Of a DNA stretch of 30,600 nucleotides, positions 1 to 13,100 are shown piece after piece. The DNA comes from a virus (taxonomy: Duplodnaviria; Caudoviricetes): the IMG/VR virus record IMGVR_UViG_3300010354_000371, positions 1 to 30,600 of that record. The stretch is one strand, 5' to 3'. Position numbers and translations under genes: made by a program. The notes under the pieces are model-generated. The model was not told where the DNA came from and searched no databases. It saw nothing but the letters and a program-made list of their open reading frames with translations. Each line of letters opens with the position of its first letter. Position 1 is the first letter of the stretch.

Positions 1-220
1 CTTCAATTGTACCAAACCCTTGGTTGCTTATACTTCTAGCCAGTGCCAAACTAAAGTTTTCATAATGAATAGCATTACGCTTGTCAACAAAGACTTCTTT
101 GGAAATAGGATCATAAATTTTTATGTGCCCTTGAACACTAATATTTCCTTGCTCATTTGGTTTAGAACTAGGACTAGGTTTAACCTGTTGCTGCTTGGCA
201 TTGTTGTTATTGTTGTTCAT
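1..220 (-). CDS. Partial late/virion-associated protein, N-terminal 73 codons; runs off the left edge and is missing from the ORF track
   Basis: Read manually on the minus strand from ATG at 220 with no stop to the edge: MNNNNNNAKQQQVKPSPSSKPNEQGNISVQGHIKIYDPISKEVFVDKRNAIHYENFSLALARSISNQGFGTIE. Same strand as the structural operon and preceded by TATAAATA. An in-frame ATG at 226 is an alternative start. Confidence 0.8.
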   Translation of the reverse strand, partial: MNNNNNNAKQQQVKPSPSSKPNEQGNISVQGHIKIYDPISKEVFVDKRNAIHYENFSLALARSISNQGFGTIE

Positions 221-225
221 AATCA

Positions 226-233
226 TATTTATA
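226..233 (-). promoter_or_regulatory. T4-type late promoter TATAAATA
   Basis: Plus-strand tatttata at 226-233 reads TATAAATA on the minus strand, the exact T4 gp55 consensus. It lies in the short intergenic gap 5 nt upstream of ATG 220, and a gp55-like gene is present in the window. Confidence 0.8.
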
Positions 234-238
234 TTAAA

Positions 239-1165
239 TTAAAACGGTGCTCTAAACCATTTAACCCATGTGTTAGGGGCAACACAGAAGTAGATAAAAC
301 TTGTGTCGTAGGCAAAGTCTCCCACGCTACCCGGACTAGAATTAGTTGCCGGAACACTTACTACAGTCCAAGTGGCAGGTCCTTGTGGTCCTTGTGGTCC
401 GCCCACACCTTGTGGTCCTTGTGGACCAGTTACTTCAGGTCCTTGTGGTCCTTGTGGACCAGTTACACCCTGCGGCCCTTGTGGTCCTTGGACGCCTTGC
501 GGCCCTTGTGGACCAGTTACGCCTTGCGGCCCTTGTGGCCCTTGTGGGCCGGCTACTCCTGTAGCACCAATAGGACCTGTAGATCCCGTAGCACCACGTT
601 GCCCAACTAATCCAGGATTGCCTTGCGGTCCAGTTGGACCAGTGGCGCCTATACCTGTAGCCCCTGTAAATCCTGTAGCGCCAGTTGGTCCTTGTGGTCC
701 TTGTGGTCCTATAGGCCCTGTAGCTCCGCCAGGTGTGCCTTGTGCTCCGCTAGGCCCTGTGGCCCCTGCTGGTCCTGTTGATCCAGTTGCTCCTGTGACA
801 CCCGTGGCACCTGTAGATCCTATACCTGTAGCCCCTGTAAATCCTGTAGCTCCTTCTGGCCCAGTTGACCCTGTAGCGCCTGCATAACCAGTTAACCCGA
901 TAGGACCCTGCGGTCCTTGAGGCCCGGTTGGACCAGGAACATTGCTAACACCTGTAGCTCCTGTTATTCCTGTAGCTCCAACATCCCCTTGAGCACCAGT
1001 GGGCCCTTGGGGTCCCATTAAATTAGCTACAGCTACCTGGTCTAATAGGGTACTATATTTTATACGCTTACTTAAACCTCTATCGGCAACAATAAAATAT
1101 GTTTGGTCTGATGAAGTGTTAAGAGTAGCAGTGTTTAAAACTGGTATTTGTGTAATCTTTGGCAT
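239..1165 (-). CDS. Collagen-like (Gly-X-Y) tail fibre/appendage protein, 308 aa
   Basis: Long GPQ/GAT/GPT triplet array with a few interruptions. N-terminal MPKITQIP...YFIVAD segment and C-terminal [30 protein letters not shown] segment of types seen on phage fibres. GAGGA Shine-Dalgarno upstream; directly follows the giant wedge gene. Confidence 0.88.
   Translation of the reverse strand: MPKITQIPVLNTATLNTSSDQTYFIVADRGLSKRIKYSTLLDQVAVANLMGPQGPTGAQGDVGATGITGATGVSNVPGPTGPQGPQGPIGLTGYAGATGSTGPEGATGFTGATGIGSTGATGVTGATGSTGPAGATGPSGAQGTPGGATGPIGPQGPQGPTGATGFTGATGIGATGPTGPQGNPGLVGQRGATGSTGPIGATGVAGPQGPQGPQGVTGPQGPQGVQGPQGPQGVTGPQGPQGPEVTGPQGPQGVGGPQGPQGPATWTVVSVPATNSSPGSVGDFAYDTSFIYFCVAPNTWVKWFRAPF
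378..551. repeat. Degenerate tandem 9-nt (ggtccttgt) repeats forming 27/36-nt higher-order units, encoding GPQ triplets
   Basis: Repeated ggtccttgt / ggcccttgt / ggaccagttac units are visible directly and correspond to (GPQ)n-GVT/GVQ/EVT in the collagen ORF. Confidence 0.9.
648..850. repeat. Exact 32-bp direct repeat (648-679 and 819-850) within the collagen gene
   Basis: cctatacctgtagcccctgtaaatcctgtagc occurs at both positions, 171 nt (57 codons) apart, encoding [11 protein letters not shown]. Confidence 0.9.
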
Positions 1166-1166
1166 A

Positions 1167-4100
1167 TCAATATTCCTCTAATGGTTCATCATCCTCATCA
1201 GTTAGAGCAAATCCTGTATCTTCTGTTAGTGTCGGATCCCCTCCATAATAGTAAGTATCTGGAAGCTCTGCTGGTCTTGCCTGTAAGAATCTAGCAGGAC
1301 CACTTGAGCTCTCAATCAATGAAATCGTTGTGGCAGTGTTATCCGGGTCAATGTCGTTCCATACCTTAGCCACATCAAATTCTTTCTTTGTTATAGTTAG
1401 TAGTATATTACTAGCTACTCCTTCTTCAATATTTAATTGAATTGTTTGGTTAGATCCAACAACATTTAAACTGAACTCCGGAGGCAAATAATCAAACCCA
1501 GTATATTCATAACCGTTTACTGATCCAAATCTAGACGAATTATTATATACCCAAACTTGGTTAGTAGCCGTTACAACGTAGGCAGTTCCTACTACATTAG
1601 TAATTGGTAAGGATGTAGACGTTGATGTGGTCAATAAGGCTACATTACTGATTGTTGTAAAATTAATTACTGGACTATCATAAGATGCTGTAGTAACTTG
1701 TCTATATACTCCAGTCTTACGTAATTGTCTACCTCCATAATACACCGTAACCTGATCTTCTAATCGTATTGAATTCTTGATAAAGGTATTAGTGTTTATT
1801 GCGTTTAATTTTATACCTTTGTTAGCAAATACTACAGTACTTGTACCTGTAATTGTATAATCTAAACTATGATTGTTTACAGGTATTGTGTAAGTGGTAA
1901 TCGAGGCAGTTGTTAATCTATCTTGTCTGAGTATCCTGTCAGTGTAAGGAATATTTTGTTCCGTTCCTTGGTCTATAACTTTAGAATAAATTTCCGAATA
2001 TAGAGCAGGAGCAGTACATAATGTACTTCTACGTAGTTGTTTAAGTATATTTCCATCTTTAACAAAATACTCTATACGCTCTCCATCGATATATATAACG
2101 CCAGGAATATTCTTTTCTATTATAGGATTACTTAACACTGAGCTATCGGCAACATGAATTTCCTTATCTCCCAGATACAATTCTCGAGTCAAGTATGTTG
2201 TGTTTTGTTTACTTAATCTCTTGTAGTGTACTCTACTTAAGAAATCATTGAATATTCTATACCCAATTACGCTATCAGAAAGTTTGCTACTAGATATGCT
2301 TATGATTATTATCTCATCAGCTGAAGTATGTTCAAAGGCGTCACTGACCTGAATAGTTAAACTATCATCGAGTATTTCAAAATCATAGTGATTTATTAAG
2401 GGTATACCGTTTACAATTACCCAAACATAATCTTGATCCAGAGCAGGTCTACTAATTTTATATCTTCTAAATGAGTTACCTTCAAACGCCTCAGTTCTCA
2501 TTAACATATCATCATGATTGTTAAATGTGATAACTCTTAATTCTCCCTGTGAATGATTCTGGTTTAATGTTAATGTATTATTAACTAAATCATAATCTTC
2601 TTGTCCGGTTAGATTAACAACAGCAATTACATCTTTGAGCTGTAATGGAGTTAGTATATTAACATGCGTATTGCCAGGACTTACATCATATTCAGTTGGA
2701 TGAATTAATGCTACACCATTTTTATATACTCTAACAGTTGAAGTAGTTTGAGAGATATCATATAATGGTATTAATGTATCTAAAACTTCATAGTAATCTA
2801 TCTTAGGCGGACTTAGTATTTTTTTGCCTGCTCCTGTATCTAATTCTACAATAACTTGACCTACAAGAGGTTCAATGATACCAGGAGGCATACTCAAAGT
2901 AAATACTGTCTGAGTAGATGTCCAGGAAAAAGTTTCTTCGTTGACTTCATTAAAATACTTGTTAGCAGATCCGAAGAACCACGCAGTGATTGTATTTTCC
3001 CCGTCAGGTAAATTATAAACATTAACAGCGGCACGTTTATTATTAGAATGTGAACGAGTTAACATATAGCCTAATTGAACGTCTGTACTGGTTGTTAATT
3101 CAGTAATACTCTCACCATTTACTGTAACATAAGCACTTTTAACAGTATCAAATATGGCTAAACTCTGAAGTTGAGTAGAAGTAAATTCGCCAATAGAAGT
3201 GTTTACTGTAAGGCTAGGATGATCTATAACTGCTGTATCGTCTGTGCCTTTACCTCCACCAATACTGATAATAGTATAACCTGCTTTTCCAGATTGTGAT
3301 TGAGGACTTAATATAATTTCTCTACTTGACCAGTCAATAGTAAATTGTGTAGATGTTGTAAAGTTTGTAGTTGTGGTGTAATCAAAAATACGATTTTGAT
3401 AAGTTACTATAACACTATCACTATTAGCAGGTACTACGCTCATATATTTTGTAGTTGTAGTACCTGCCTCAACATTAAAGTAAGAAGATATTACAGTTGG
3501 AGCGCCTTCTATATGCTTGGTAAACACACTAATTGAAACACTTTCGTTAACTTCACCAGGTAAAAGCTCTTCAGGAGCATGGCTAGTATACGGAGTAATA
3601 AATCCGTCACCATCAATTATAATTTCATCAGCATATTTGCCTTGTGCCCCAACTGTAAGAACATTTACTCCCAGGTCAGTTGTTGTTGTGGCGAATCTAT
3701 CTGGATCTACACCAAACAAATTTTGATAATATAATGTATCAGTAGCTGTTAATCCTGTAGAAGTCGTCCAGGCACCGCCACTAATATCGCTATCTCGAAT
3801 ATTATCTTCACCATTATTGAAAGTTAAACCTCCCACCATAGCGCCTGGGTAGACTATACCTGACATTAATTGCCCAAGATCCAATCCAGGCATACCTGCT
3901 GTTGGCGCATAATAGTTTACTATACGATCAACTGCATTTAGAAGTTTAGTATTTTTATTGTATGTTACTTTTAAAGTTGTTCCAGCGTCTGGTATAAAGT
4001 TTGTAAATACAATCTTATTATACTCTTTGTTATATTCAGTACCTAAGCCGATAAAACTCTTATAATATTCAACAGTATAATCACTACTTAACACAGCAAC

Positions 4101-7100
4101 GTCGTCTAATGTAACGACGAATTGAGTTTTATCTGCCAAAGCTAACCAACTTAATACAAATTCTGTTGTAATGCCGTTACAGGTAAATCTATCAGTTACA
4201 GATAAATTGGTTCCCTGTTCTTCGTCCCTAGAGGTTCTATCAAATTTTAAGTTGATATTAAACGACCTAACTTTGTTATTCTTAATACGTGCGTATGCTA
4301 CAGCAGTTTTAGTTACTCCTGATCCTCCTCCTATAATGTACACATAAGGATTTGTAGTATAACCGCTTCCAGGATTAGTTACTTCTATATGATATACTGC
4401 GCCCGATCTAATATAAGCAATGGCTGTAGCACCTGACCCTGTATCGCCCGTTTTAGCTACTATTACCACTGTAGGAACTTCACCGTACCCACTTCCTCCA
4501 TCACTTACATCTATAGAATCTACTATAAATTTATAATTGTTAAAGTATTCTTTCCAAGGATATTGATCAGCTTCTGGATCCGTAGATTGAACTAGGGCAA
4601 ATTTGTTGTTTACTTCATCGTAAGTAGCAGGTAAATCAAAATCAGTTATGTAATTCTTAGAAATTTCTAATTGTTTATGGTTAGTTGTAAAACTTCTTAT
4701 TTGAGTATGATAAGGTTTAACTTCTCTAATATAATCTTCATAAAATTCACTGTTTTGTAATTTATAAAAACTAGGTTGTCCCAACTCTCCAGCAAAGTTC
4801 GTAACATTAATAAATGATGTTTTGAAGGCCCAATCCAATAATTTTTGCTCAGTCAGAGAATACTTAACTGCTTGAAACCAAAATAAATTCCAATAAATTT
4901 TTAGTTCGTTAACAAATATATTTTCTTTCAGCGCAGTTAAAATATTTTTTAGTTCTTCAGAATTGTCAAGGGTTGAATTCCATAAGCTATCTTTAAACTT
5001 TATAGTACCCTTTTCGGCAAATACTATATCATACCCATTGCCATAAGTTCCTTGATCTGAAACTTTTTCTAAAATTATAAAGTATCCTAAACCTGCGTCA
5101 TTGACCTTAACATATTCTCCCAGGTTGATATCTTCTATAGTTGCCAATTCATATATACTGTCCACTGTGTAAACATAATCAACAAACTGATTATATGTAG
5201 CACTTACCCAGTCTATTCTATCCCAATATAAGGTTGTATCAAAGCCTTGAGTTTCGGCTAGGTTCCAAGAACCTGTCCATTCATATTTGGCCCATTTACC
5301 TCCTTGTGTACTGTCTGTTAATACAAGTACGGTATAAGGTCTAACAGTTATAGTAGGTGCTACTGTAAATCCGTAGCCAGGATCTACAATAGTTGCGCTA
5401 CTGATATTTGAAGCAGTATTAAGTTCTACAATAATTTCGGCATCAGTATCAGAGGAAATTGTTACCAATGGAGCTGATTCATATCCAGTACCCGAGTTTA
5501 CTATACTAACTGCATTAATTTTACCATCTAAAACTGAGCATGTTAATTGTGCCTGGACTAATGTAGATGTTGTAACGTATAACAAGCCTTCGTTATCTTC
5601 AACCACACGATCGTATTCTCTTGAAAACTCATCAGGAATATCATCTTTCTTATTAAGATTTACGAAACTATAATAACCGGCTATTCTTTCAGTGACTAAT
5701 ACATCGTTGGCAAAATCAAATAAATTTCTTAGAGCATCTTTACGATTTTTAAACATGCTCTGTCTTGGTCTTATCTCAATACCATACCGATTACGTTCTT
5801 TCAGGTTAGGATCAGGTACAGGCTGTCCTAACTTGTCCTTTCCTAAAAGACTGTCAAACAATTTAGTTTCCAACCTATCATTTGGTGTACTATCTTCCTC
5901 ACCTTCCTGCATCAACATCCATTCAGTGTGTAATGGAATCCTATTTTTAATTTTATCGCTTGTAATATTAAGATGTATTCTATCTTCAACCAATTGTCTA
6001 TTAAGGTTACTTACAGATAAGGCATTGCTATCTAGTATAGTAGCATATTGTAAACCGTACAATAAAGGATTTTCAATTATACTGGCCACTTGAAACGCAC
6101 TAATCCTACGATTTTTTGAGTTAGGTACCAGGGTTTTATTTTTAACCCAGAAATAATAAACATTAATAAATGAATTAGTAATAGAATTGTAAACTTGTTT
6201 TACACTTAATACGCTATTATCTGGATGCTTAGGTTGTCCACTTATTCCAAAAGTTAATCCTGCATTCGTGTCTGCTTGTTCAGCCCATTCACTAGGTAGT
6301 AGTTCACTACCAACCCATTCATATATGTCAATTGTGGCCCCAGGAAATAGTTTACCCCAGTTATTTTTTCTATAGTTAAGCTCACCTTGTTCATACCAAA
6401 TATACTTTACACTACTTAAATCCCACCATAACTCGCCTACATGCTCATCTGTCCAATTAGCTGTTATATCATTTATTGTAGTAGTATTTCCAATTGAATA
6501 CACAGCAGGATCTATTGTGGATTTATAGGTGATATCTTGGTCTGCTATACCTGATATACGTCCTTTCAACGGATCGACAACATCAAGATAATCTATAACC
6601 TGCTCGGTTAATGAATTCACCACAGTAATTTTTCTAATTGTGTCAACATCTACAAGATCATCTTGTATTCTAAATTGATTCCAACTCTTTTGGTCCTTAT
6701 CTAACTTGTCAAATTTATAAACCATACTTTGTACATTATCTTTCCATGGTTTATTACTGAAAGCAGGAGCTCCTACATATATGGTGTTATCATTTAATGC
6801 TATACTGTGACCGAAATTCGTACCTGTGCCATCTACATAATTTATTGAAGACGGTAGTAATTCGTCCGCTATCTTAAATAAATTGTTCTTTCTATTGTAG
6901 ATATAAGCAGTTCCTGAATAATTAATTTGGTCAAAGAACTTGGTGCTTCCGCCATCGAACGTAGTTTCTACATCAGATAAATCGCTATCAGAATCATTTA
7001 CATATTTAGATCCTAGAGGTTGTACACTCATGGGTAACAAGGTATTGTACTTGTTAAAAGTTAATCTTACATTTCTATTTGTGCCAAGAGCACCAATTAC

Positions 7101-10100
7101 TAGTTCAGTTCCGTCATTATTAACATCAATTTCATATCCGAACTTCATTCCGGGTATATCAACAGGATTAGAAATAGTCTGATGCGATGAGTAAGTAGTC
7201 CCGTTAAATTTATAAACCTGTACTTTTCCAAAACTTAAGCTGCCTATATCACCGTTACGAACATCAGGCGCACCTACAAACAAATAATTACCATCATCTG
7301 AAAGTTTTACTACATGTCCAAATCTACCTCTGCTGCCATAATCTGTAAACGGCGAAACAATTTCAGTATTATTTGTACTTGTGAATACAAATACACTGCC
7401 CTTATTATCTGTTTGACCAGGAGCACCTACTACATACACATCATTGTCAGGGTAAGCATCTAGTGAATATCCGAATTCTGAATTCAAAGTCAATGGATTG
7501 GTAGGTGTCAACCCGGTCCATATGCTTTCTGTAATAGAAGTACCTGTAGTAATTTCAGTTCTAAACGCTTCACCGGACTTAGGTTCACCTACCATTAATA
7601 AATGAGTAGTTGTTGTTAACTTTTTAACTAATAGGCTTTCACCAAATCTTCCGTCCACTGTAGGTGTTACACTATTAATAATATAAGGAACACCGGTATT
7701 AATAATCGAATACAACCACACTTGTCCCCTATTACTATTGTATCCAGGGGCTCCAACTGCTAACAATTCTCCGTCAAATGCTACATCATAACCGTAATCT
7801 AAATTACCTGTAGTGGTAGTCAAAGTTACAACAGGTGTATTAATACTTAAAGTATTGTAAACATAAACAGTACCAGTATTGGCATCGGACTTATCATCAA
7901 TGCCAGGCTCGCTCACTGCAAACAGGCCATTATATGTCTTAGTTATTGCCCATCCAGTATTTCTGTCTATATGTTTTAAGGCATTGGTGTTAGAATAATT
8001 GTTAACCTTTTTATAGACTATCCATTTGCCACTTCCATCATCTTCTAGCCATACCTTACTTTCATAAGGCAATTTTAAAAGTTGACTATCTTTTGGTAAC
8101 TTGTCAAAAGAACCATATTTGGTACTTTGAAATTTAAATAGCAGTCCTGGAACATCTGGTAGTGTTTCTCCAACGAAGGCTGTGTCAAAAGTAATTGTAA
8201 ATTGATTAAGTTTAGGTACGGACTGAACTGTATAAACACCGTCCACCTGGCTATCAAATTGACTTAGGCTAATTATATCACCGGGTCTTAAAGTATGCAT
8301 TCCCTTAGTTACTATAGTCATTACATTTGCTGTAAGAGCATCCATGAAAGAACGCACTACCTCACTACTGATTAACGTATATCTGTAAACATCCCAATCA
8401 CCATTATTTTTAAATCCTATCCAAACATAGTCACCTTCATTTAACTGATTGATATTCAGTACGTCTAGTAGGCTATTTTCGTTATAAGCAGTATATGTAA
8501 CATCATCTAATCTTACAAATCCTGCTGTTTGTAATTTAATAATATCAAAATCACTACTTGTAACAAATGTACGTGAAACATCATAATCCTTGGAATATAA
8601 AACTATATCAGAACTGGTTACATAATATATAAAATCATTAGCGTCTGGCTTATCATCTTCATCAAATTTAATTATTTGAGGATTTTCAATAAACTCGCCT
8701 TCCTTTAGGGGAATTTCTATTTCTTGGAATGAACTAAATGAACCGTAGTGTCCTACTCTAAATGCCCATTCTTCAGTATAATCTATTTCACCCTTGAGTG
8801 TTTGAATACTGGCCTTGGCTAACTTACTGACCGAATTACGTGTTCCCTTTTCCCTAATGAATCCCTGATAGAATTTATATTGACTTATAGGATTAGTGAA
8901 AACATTATATAGATATACTCTAGGTGTATATCCAATAAGGTGCTGTGCTAGGTCCTCTTGAACTGGATCAAAATTATCAATATCTAAACTATAAAAATCT
9001 TCAAACTGCTCTATCTTGTAACTAAAATTAGGCAGTAATTTGGCTACAGGATATTCCCCTAGCAAGTTCCATTTTGAAAAATCAAACTTTTCTGTTCCAA
9101 AAATATTAGATTGTGCACTGTAATATTTTCCAGCAAATTTTACAACATCTCCATTTTTATAATCTTTATAAGATACCCAATCTGATATATAGGCTGTGTC
9201 GTAGACAAACCCTGGGCTAAAGAAATCACCATCCCAGTCTTTTGTTCTAAATCCCAATAATTTAATTCTACGCTGCCTATAACCTGTAGTAATATCATAC
9301 ATTGTATCATTAAACATGGTAGTATTGTTAAACACCATAGCATGTTCTTTTTGGACATTACGTAAACTAGCAAAATAAATTCCATCTGTTGTATTAGAAG
9401 ATTCTATAGTACACAATCCATTTTCTCTATTAACTGTTAGATTGCGTTGATTGAATGCTGTACCATTGGCACTAAGAATACTATAATCGTAAAAATTATT
9501 GAAAATATTATCAACAACTGTATTAGCTAATTTAAATTTTACCTTATTAGCGAAAGGGCTTAATGTTATAATACTATTGTCAGACCAATTTTGAGTAGTC
9601 CAATATAAAAACTCTTTTCCTGTAAATTTCCAATCAATAGTTTCAGATAAATCTGTGTTATATTCATCAAAAACAAAGCCTTGTGTCTTTAACCATTCTC
9701 CGTAACCTAATATAAGGTCATAAACTTCTTGGACTGTTTCATATTCAGTTTCATAAGGAATAGACTGTTCTACGTCAGAAAACCTAGGAGCCGATTGAAC
9801 AACAGCACCGCCCTTAGTAGGCAAATATGGCATCTTTGAAAAATATTCATCAACAAAACTAGTTCCGGACTTATGACTAACAATTACTCTATAAAAATTA
9901 TTTTGATAGTAAACTATTTGTCCCTTTTCGTAGATTATTCCAGAAGTTGTCGACTTGGCAGATGTAAGATCTGCCGCTGTTAGACCCCTATTAACATCTG
10001 TTTGACTAGCTCCCCATAACACATAACTTTCAGATTTTCCGCCAATTGTTATAGTAGGAGTGTTGATAGTACGCAAGGGAGAATATATCTTAAAGTATGG

Positions 10101-13100
10101 ATTTTTATTATCATATCCTCTGACAACAAACTTTCCATTAAGTTTTTGAACAATAATTCCAGATATATTAGTTGTTTGAATAGTATTGCTTACATTTAAA
10201 AGTAGGTCATAATCTTCAGGAGGCAAAATTGCTCCCGGACTTCTACTAGTAGGATCAATAGCATCTATTATAATTTGTAGCTTATCTTTGCTTACAAACC
10301 CGCCAACTTTATAGAATAAATTATAGTCTAAATATGTAAGGTCTGCCTTTAAAGATTGAACATAATTTCTATTTCTTACTAGACCATTTTCTACAATGTA
10401 TACACTGTACCCACTAGTTAACGTAGTGTCATCTGCGTGTACCATACATGTTCTAGGACTTAAAAATAACTTTTCATCACCGTAGACCCATTGATTGGCT
10501 ACATTTTTATTGAGCCTATATGGATCATACATCTTAGAGAAATAATCAGCAGGTTTCGTTAATGCCAATAATTTTTGTACAACGAATGGCCATTGACTAC
10601 TCTTACGCCACGCCGTTTCTGCCGGACCCATATCACCAAATTTCCAATTCTGCCTAATGTTAAAATCTGTTAAATTTGATGCTAGTAAAGTTTGAGGATC
10701 TATTAAATCGCCACTGTCATCTACAGGTAAAAATGTAGATAATCCGGGTCTAGAATAGTTTAGGTCAATACCTTGCCTAGATCCTTGTCTAATTAATCCT
10801 TGTTCTATATCATCCCATAATATTGAATTGCCACTTGTATAAGGAGCAGGGCCATACTCATCTTCCCACCATAAAGGCTCTACAGTAAAACCTAACATTT
10901 CCCATGGATGAGAATGTGGACGATCAGTATCAAAATAATATTTGTAAACTGCCCTCCACGATCCTACTAGATTTTCATTTAAGGCTGAATGATATGACTT
11001 TGTATAATTGAAGGTATAACTGTTTCCTTCATCGAAGGCTAAGTTTTCATAAGGCTCGATACCATAAGTACCTGCCCAGGCTAAAAAATCTTTAACTAAA
11101 ATATTATTAATCTGTTCTCTAGAATAACCTATATTTCTAAATAGGCCAGGAATAGACATGTTTATATCAAATAGCTCTGGTCTATAATTAACTTTCAAAT
11201 TGTTATATATTCTTTTTTCAAACTCTAAAAGAATGTCATCTCTATAATCACCGTAAGCAACTGTGATACTTCCATCATGTCCTTGGATTACTTGAACAGG
11301 CGTTACATAACTATTATCTACAAATTTAGAAGGAATAAATTTAGGGTAAAGACCTAACTTTGTTGGAGTAGACGGTACAAAACTACCAGCAGTATCTAAA
11401 TAATCATAAACTTCAATTAGATCACCTATAGCTAAATCGGTTAATAATTCAATAGAAGAATCGTTCTCTACAAAAACATAATCTATATCATGTAATAATT
11501 GATTATTATTAATGTAAACCAATACAGATCTTAAAACTAAACCATCTAATTTAAATTCATTACTGATAGGATAAATCTTAGTGTTTACATTTGAAACTAT
11601 CCATGAAGTAATCTTTCTATTGGTTCCATAACCCAACATATCGCTGTAATAGTAGGAACTTAGCAGATCTTTATCTTTGTTAAGCTCTTTTAATACTATA
11701 TCAAGTGCTCGAACAGGATTGTCTTGTATCTCAACTTCGCTTATTTTACGTTGTAAGGCTAATTTAAATTGAGCGTATTCATTTCTGCCTTTATCAATAG
11801 CATTAATTAAATTGTGTTCTTGCTTACCTAAAAACAATTGCGAAAACGCCAAGGGATTTTCATGTGTTACAATTAATCTGCCCTTCGACCCAACATCTGA
11901 CAGGTCCCTCAAATTACCGGATCCAGGAAACTGGCCTGTATAACTGTCAATTCTATCAATCATGGTTTCAACATGATCTGTTATTTGACTTAAAGTTAGA
12001 CTGTCAGAGAATTGATTTAGAGGATTATTTGTGAACCCAACACTGGGCTCATAGTAGCCGTTTTTATTTGGCGTAGAATCTGTGTAAATTTTATAAACTA
12101 CGTCTGTGTCCTTAGTTAACATAGTGTTAAAATAGACAAAGGACCTAGTTCCAGTGTTTACTACCGTGAAGTCATCATTAGAAAGTTTATTTCCATTTAC
12201 ATAAACTAATAAATCAAAATCTGTTGAACCAGCTTGATTTAGGCTTTTTATTTCTAAGCTAGAAGTCGAAATCGATGTAGCCTGTATTTCTATAATAGGA
12301 ATTTGATAGCTAGGTGTTGATTCCCATACATTTTTATAAGAGTAACCGTTACTATCTTTTATTCCTATGAATGTATCCATAGGACCACGTGTTGAAGTGG
12401 TGTCGAAACCTGTTGTAATTACAATAGATTCTGAACTAAAATAATTTTTAAATAGGTAACTGCCTACTCCATAACTATTTCTATACTTTAAAGGAAAACC
12501 TAAAATACTATCAGGAGTACCTGACCCGACATCATATCCGAATATTCGATTACCATCGAATGTGCTGACATAGTCTAAGCTATAACTTCTACCATCTTCG
12601 TCAAATAAATCAAACTTAGGAGCTTGGTTTAAACTTGTATGTTGTTGCCCTTCTACCCATTGAGATCCATTATACCACCAACTAGTACCTTTATAATTTG
12701 TTCCTGTTGTAATGACTGTACAGTTGCCATCATACACAGTGTCAGCAACCTGCAGTTCTAGTCTGTTTAATTCGTTAATATAATTTACTTCAAAGATAGT
12801 AGATCTTACATCTACGTCTGTATCTGCTGTGAATATAACTCTGTCGCCCTGTTGTAAAGCATGTCCATCTACCACATAATTTGTAGAAGTTCCTTCTATA
12901 ATACTAAAAGCATCTGTAGTGCTAGTATCTATTACTTGAACATCTCTAATACCAGTATCGCCGAAATTATATAATTTTATATTTGGTACAAACTCAATAA
13001 TAGGTCTGCGAGCACGTAAATCATTCGGATATACAGCATTTACATTGTTAGCTTCCGCACTAGCTTCGATTACCTGTTTATGAAACCATCTATTGTATCT

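Noticed and set aside
200-217. Asn6 run (aac/aat) as a phase-variable microsatellite
   Set aside because: The codons are mixed and triplet slippage would keep the frame, so it is more likely just a low-complexity N-terminus.
378-551. CRISPR-like appearance of the recurring ccttgtggtccttgtggaccagttac units
   Set aside because: There are no unique spacers, the periods are multiples of 9 nt matching Gly-X-Y coding, and no cas genes are present.
20-887. Plus-strand ORFs 20..610, 346..564 and 372..887 (GPCGPC and LWSLW repeats, resembling Cys-rich or metallothionein-like proteins)
   Set aside because: They are antisense shadows of the GC-rich, stop-poor collagen repeat. The minus-strand frame has an SD, operon context and recognisable terminal domains.
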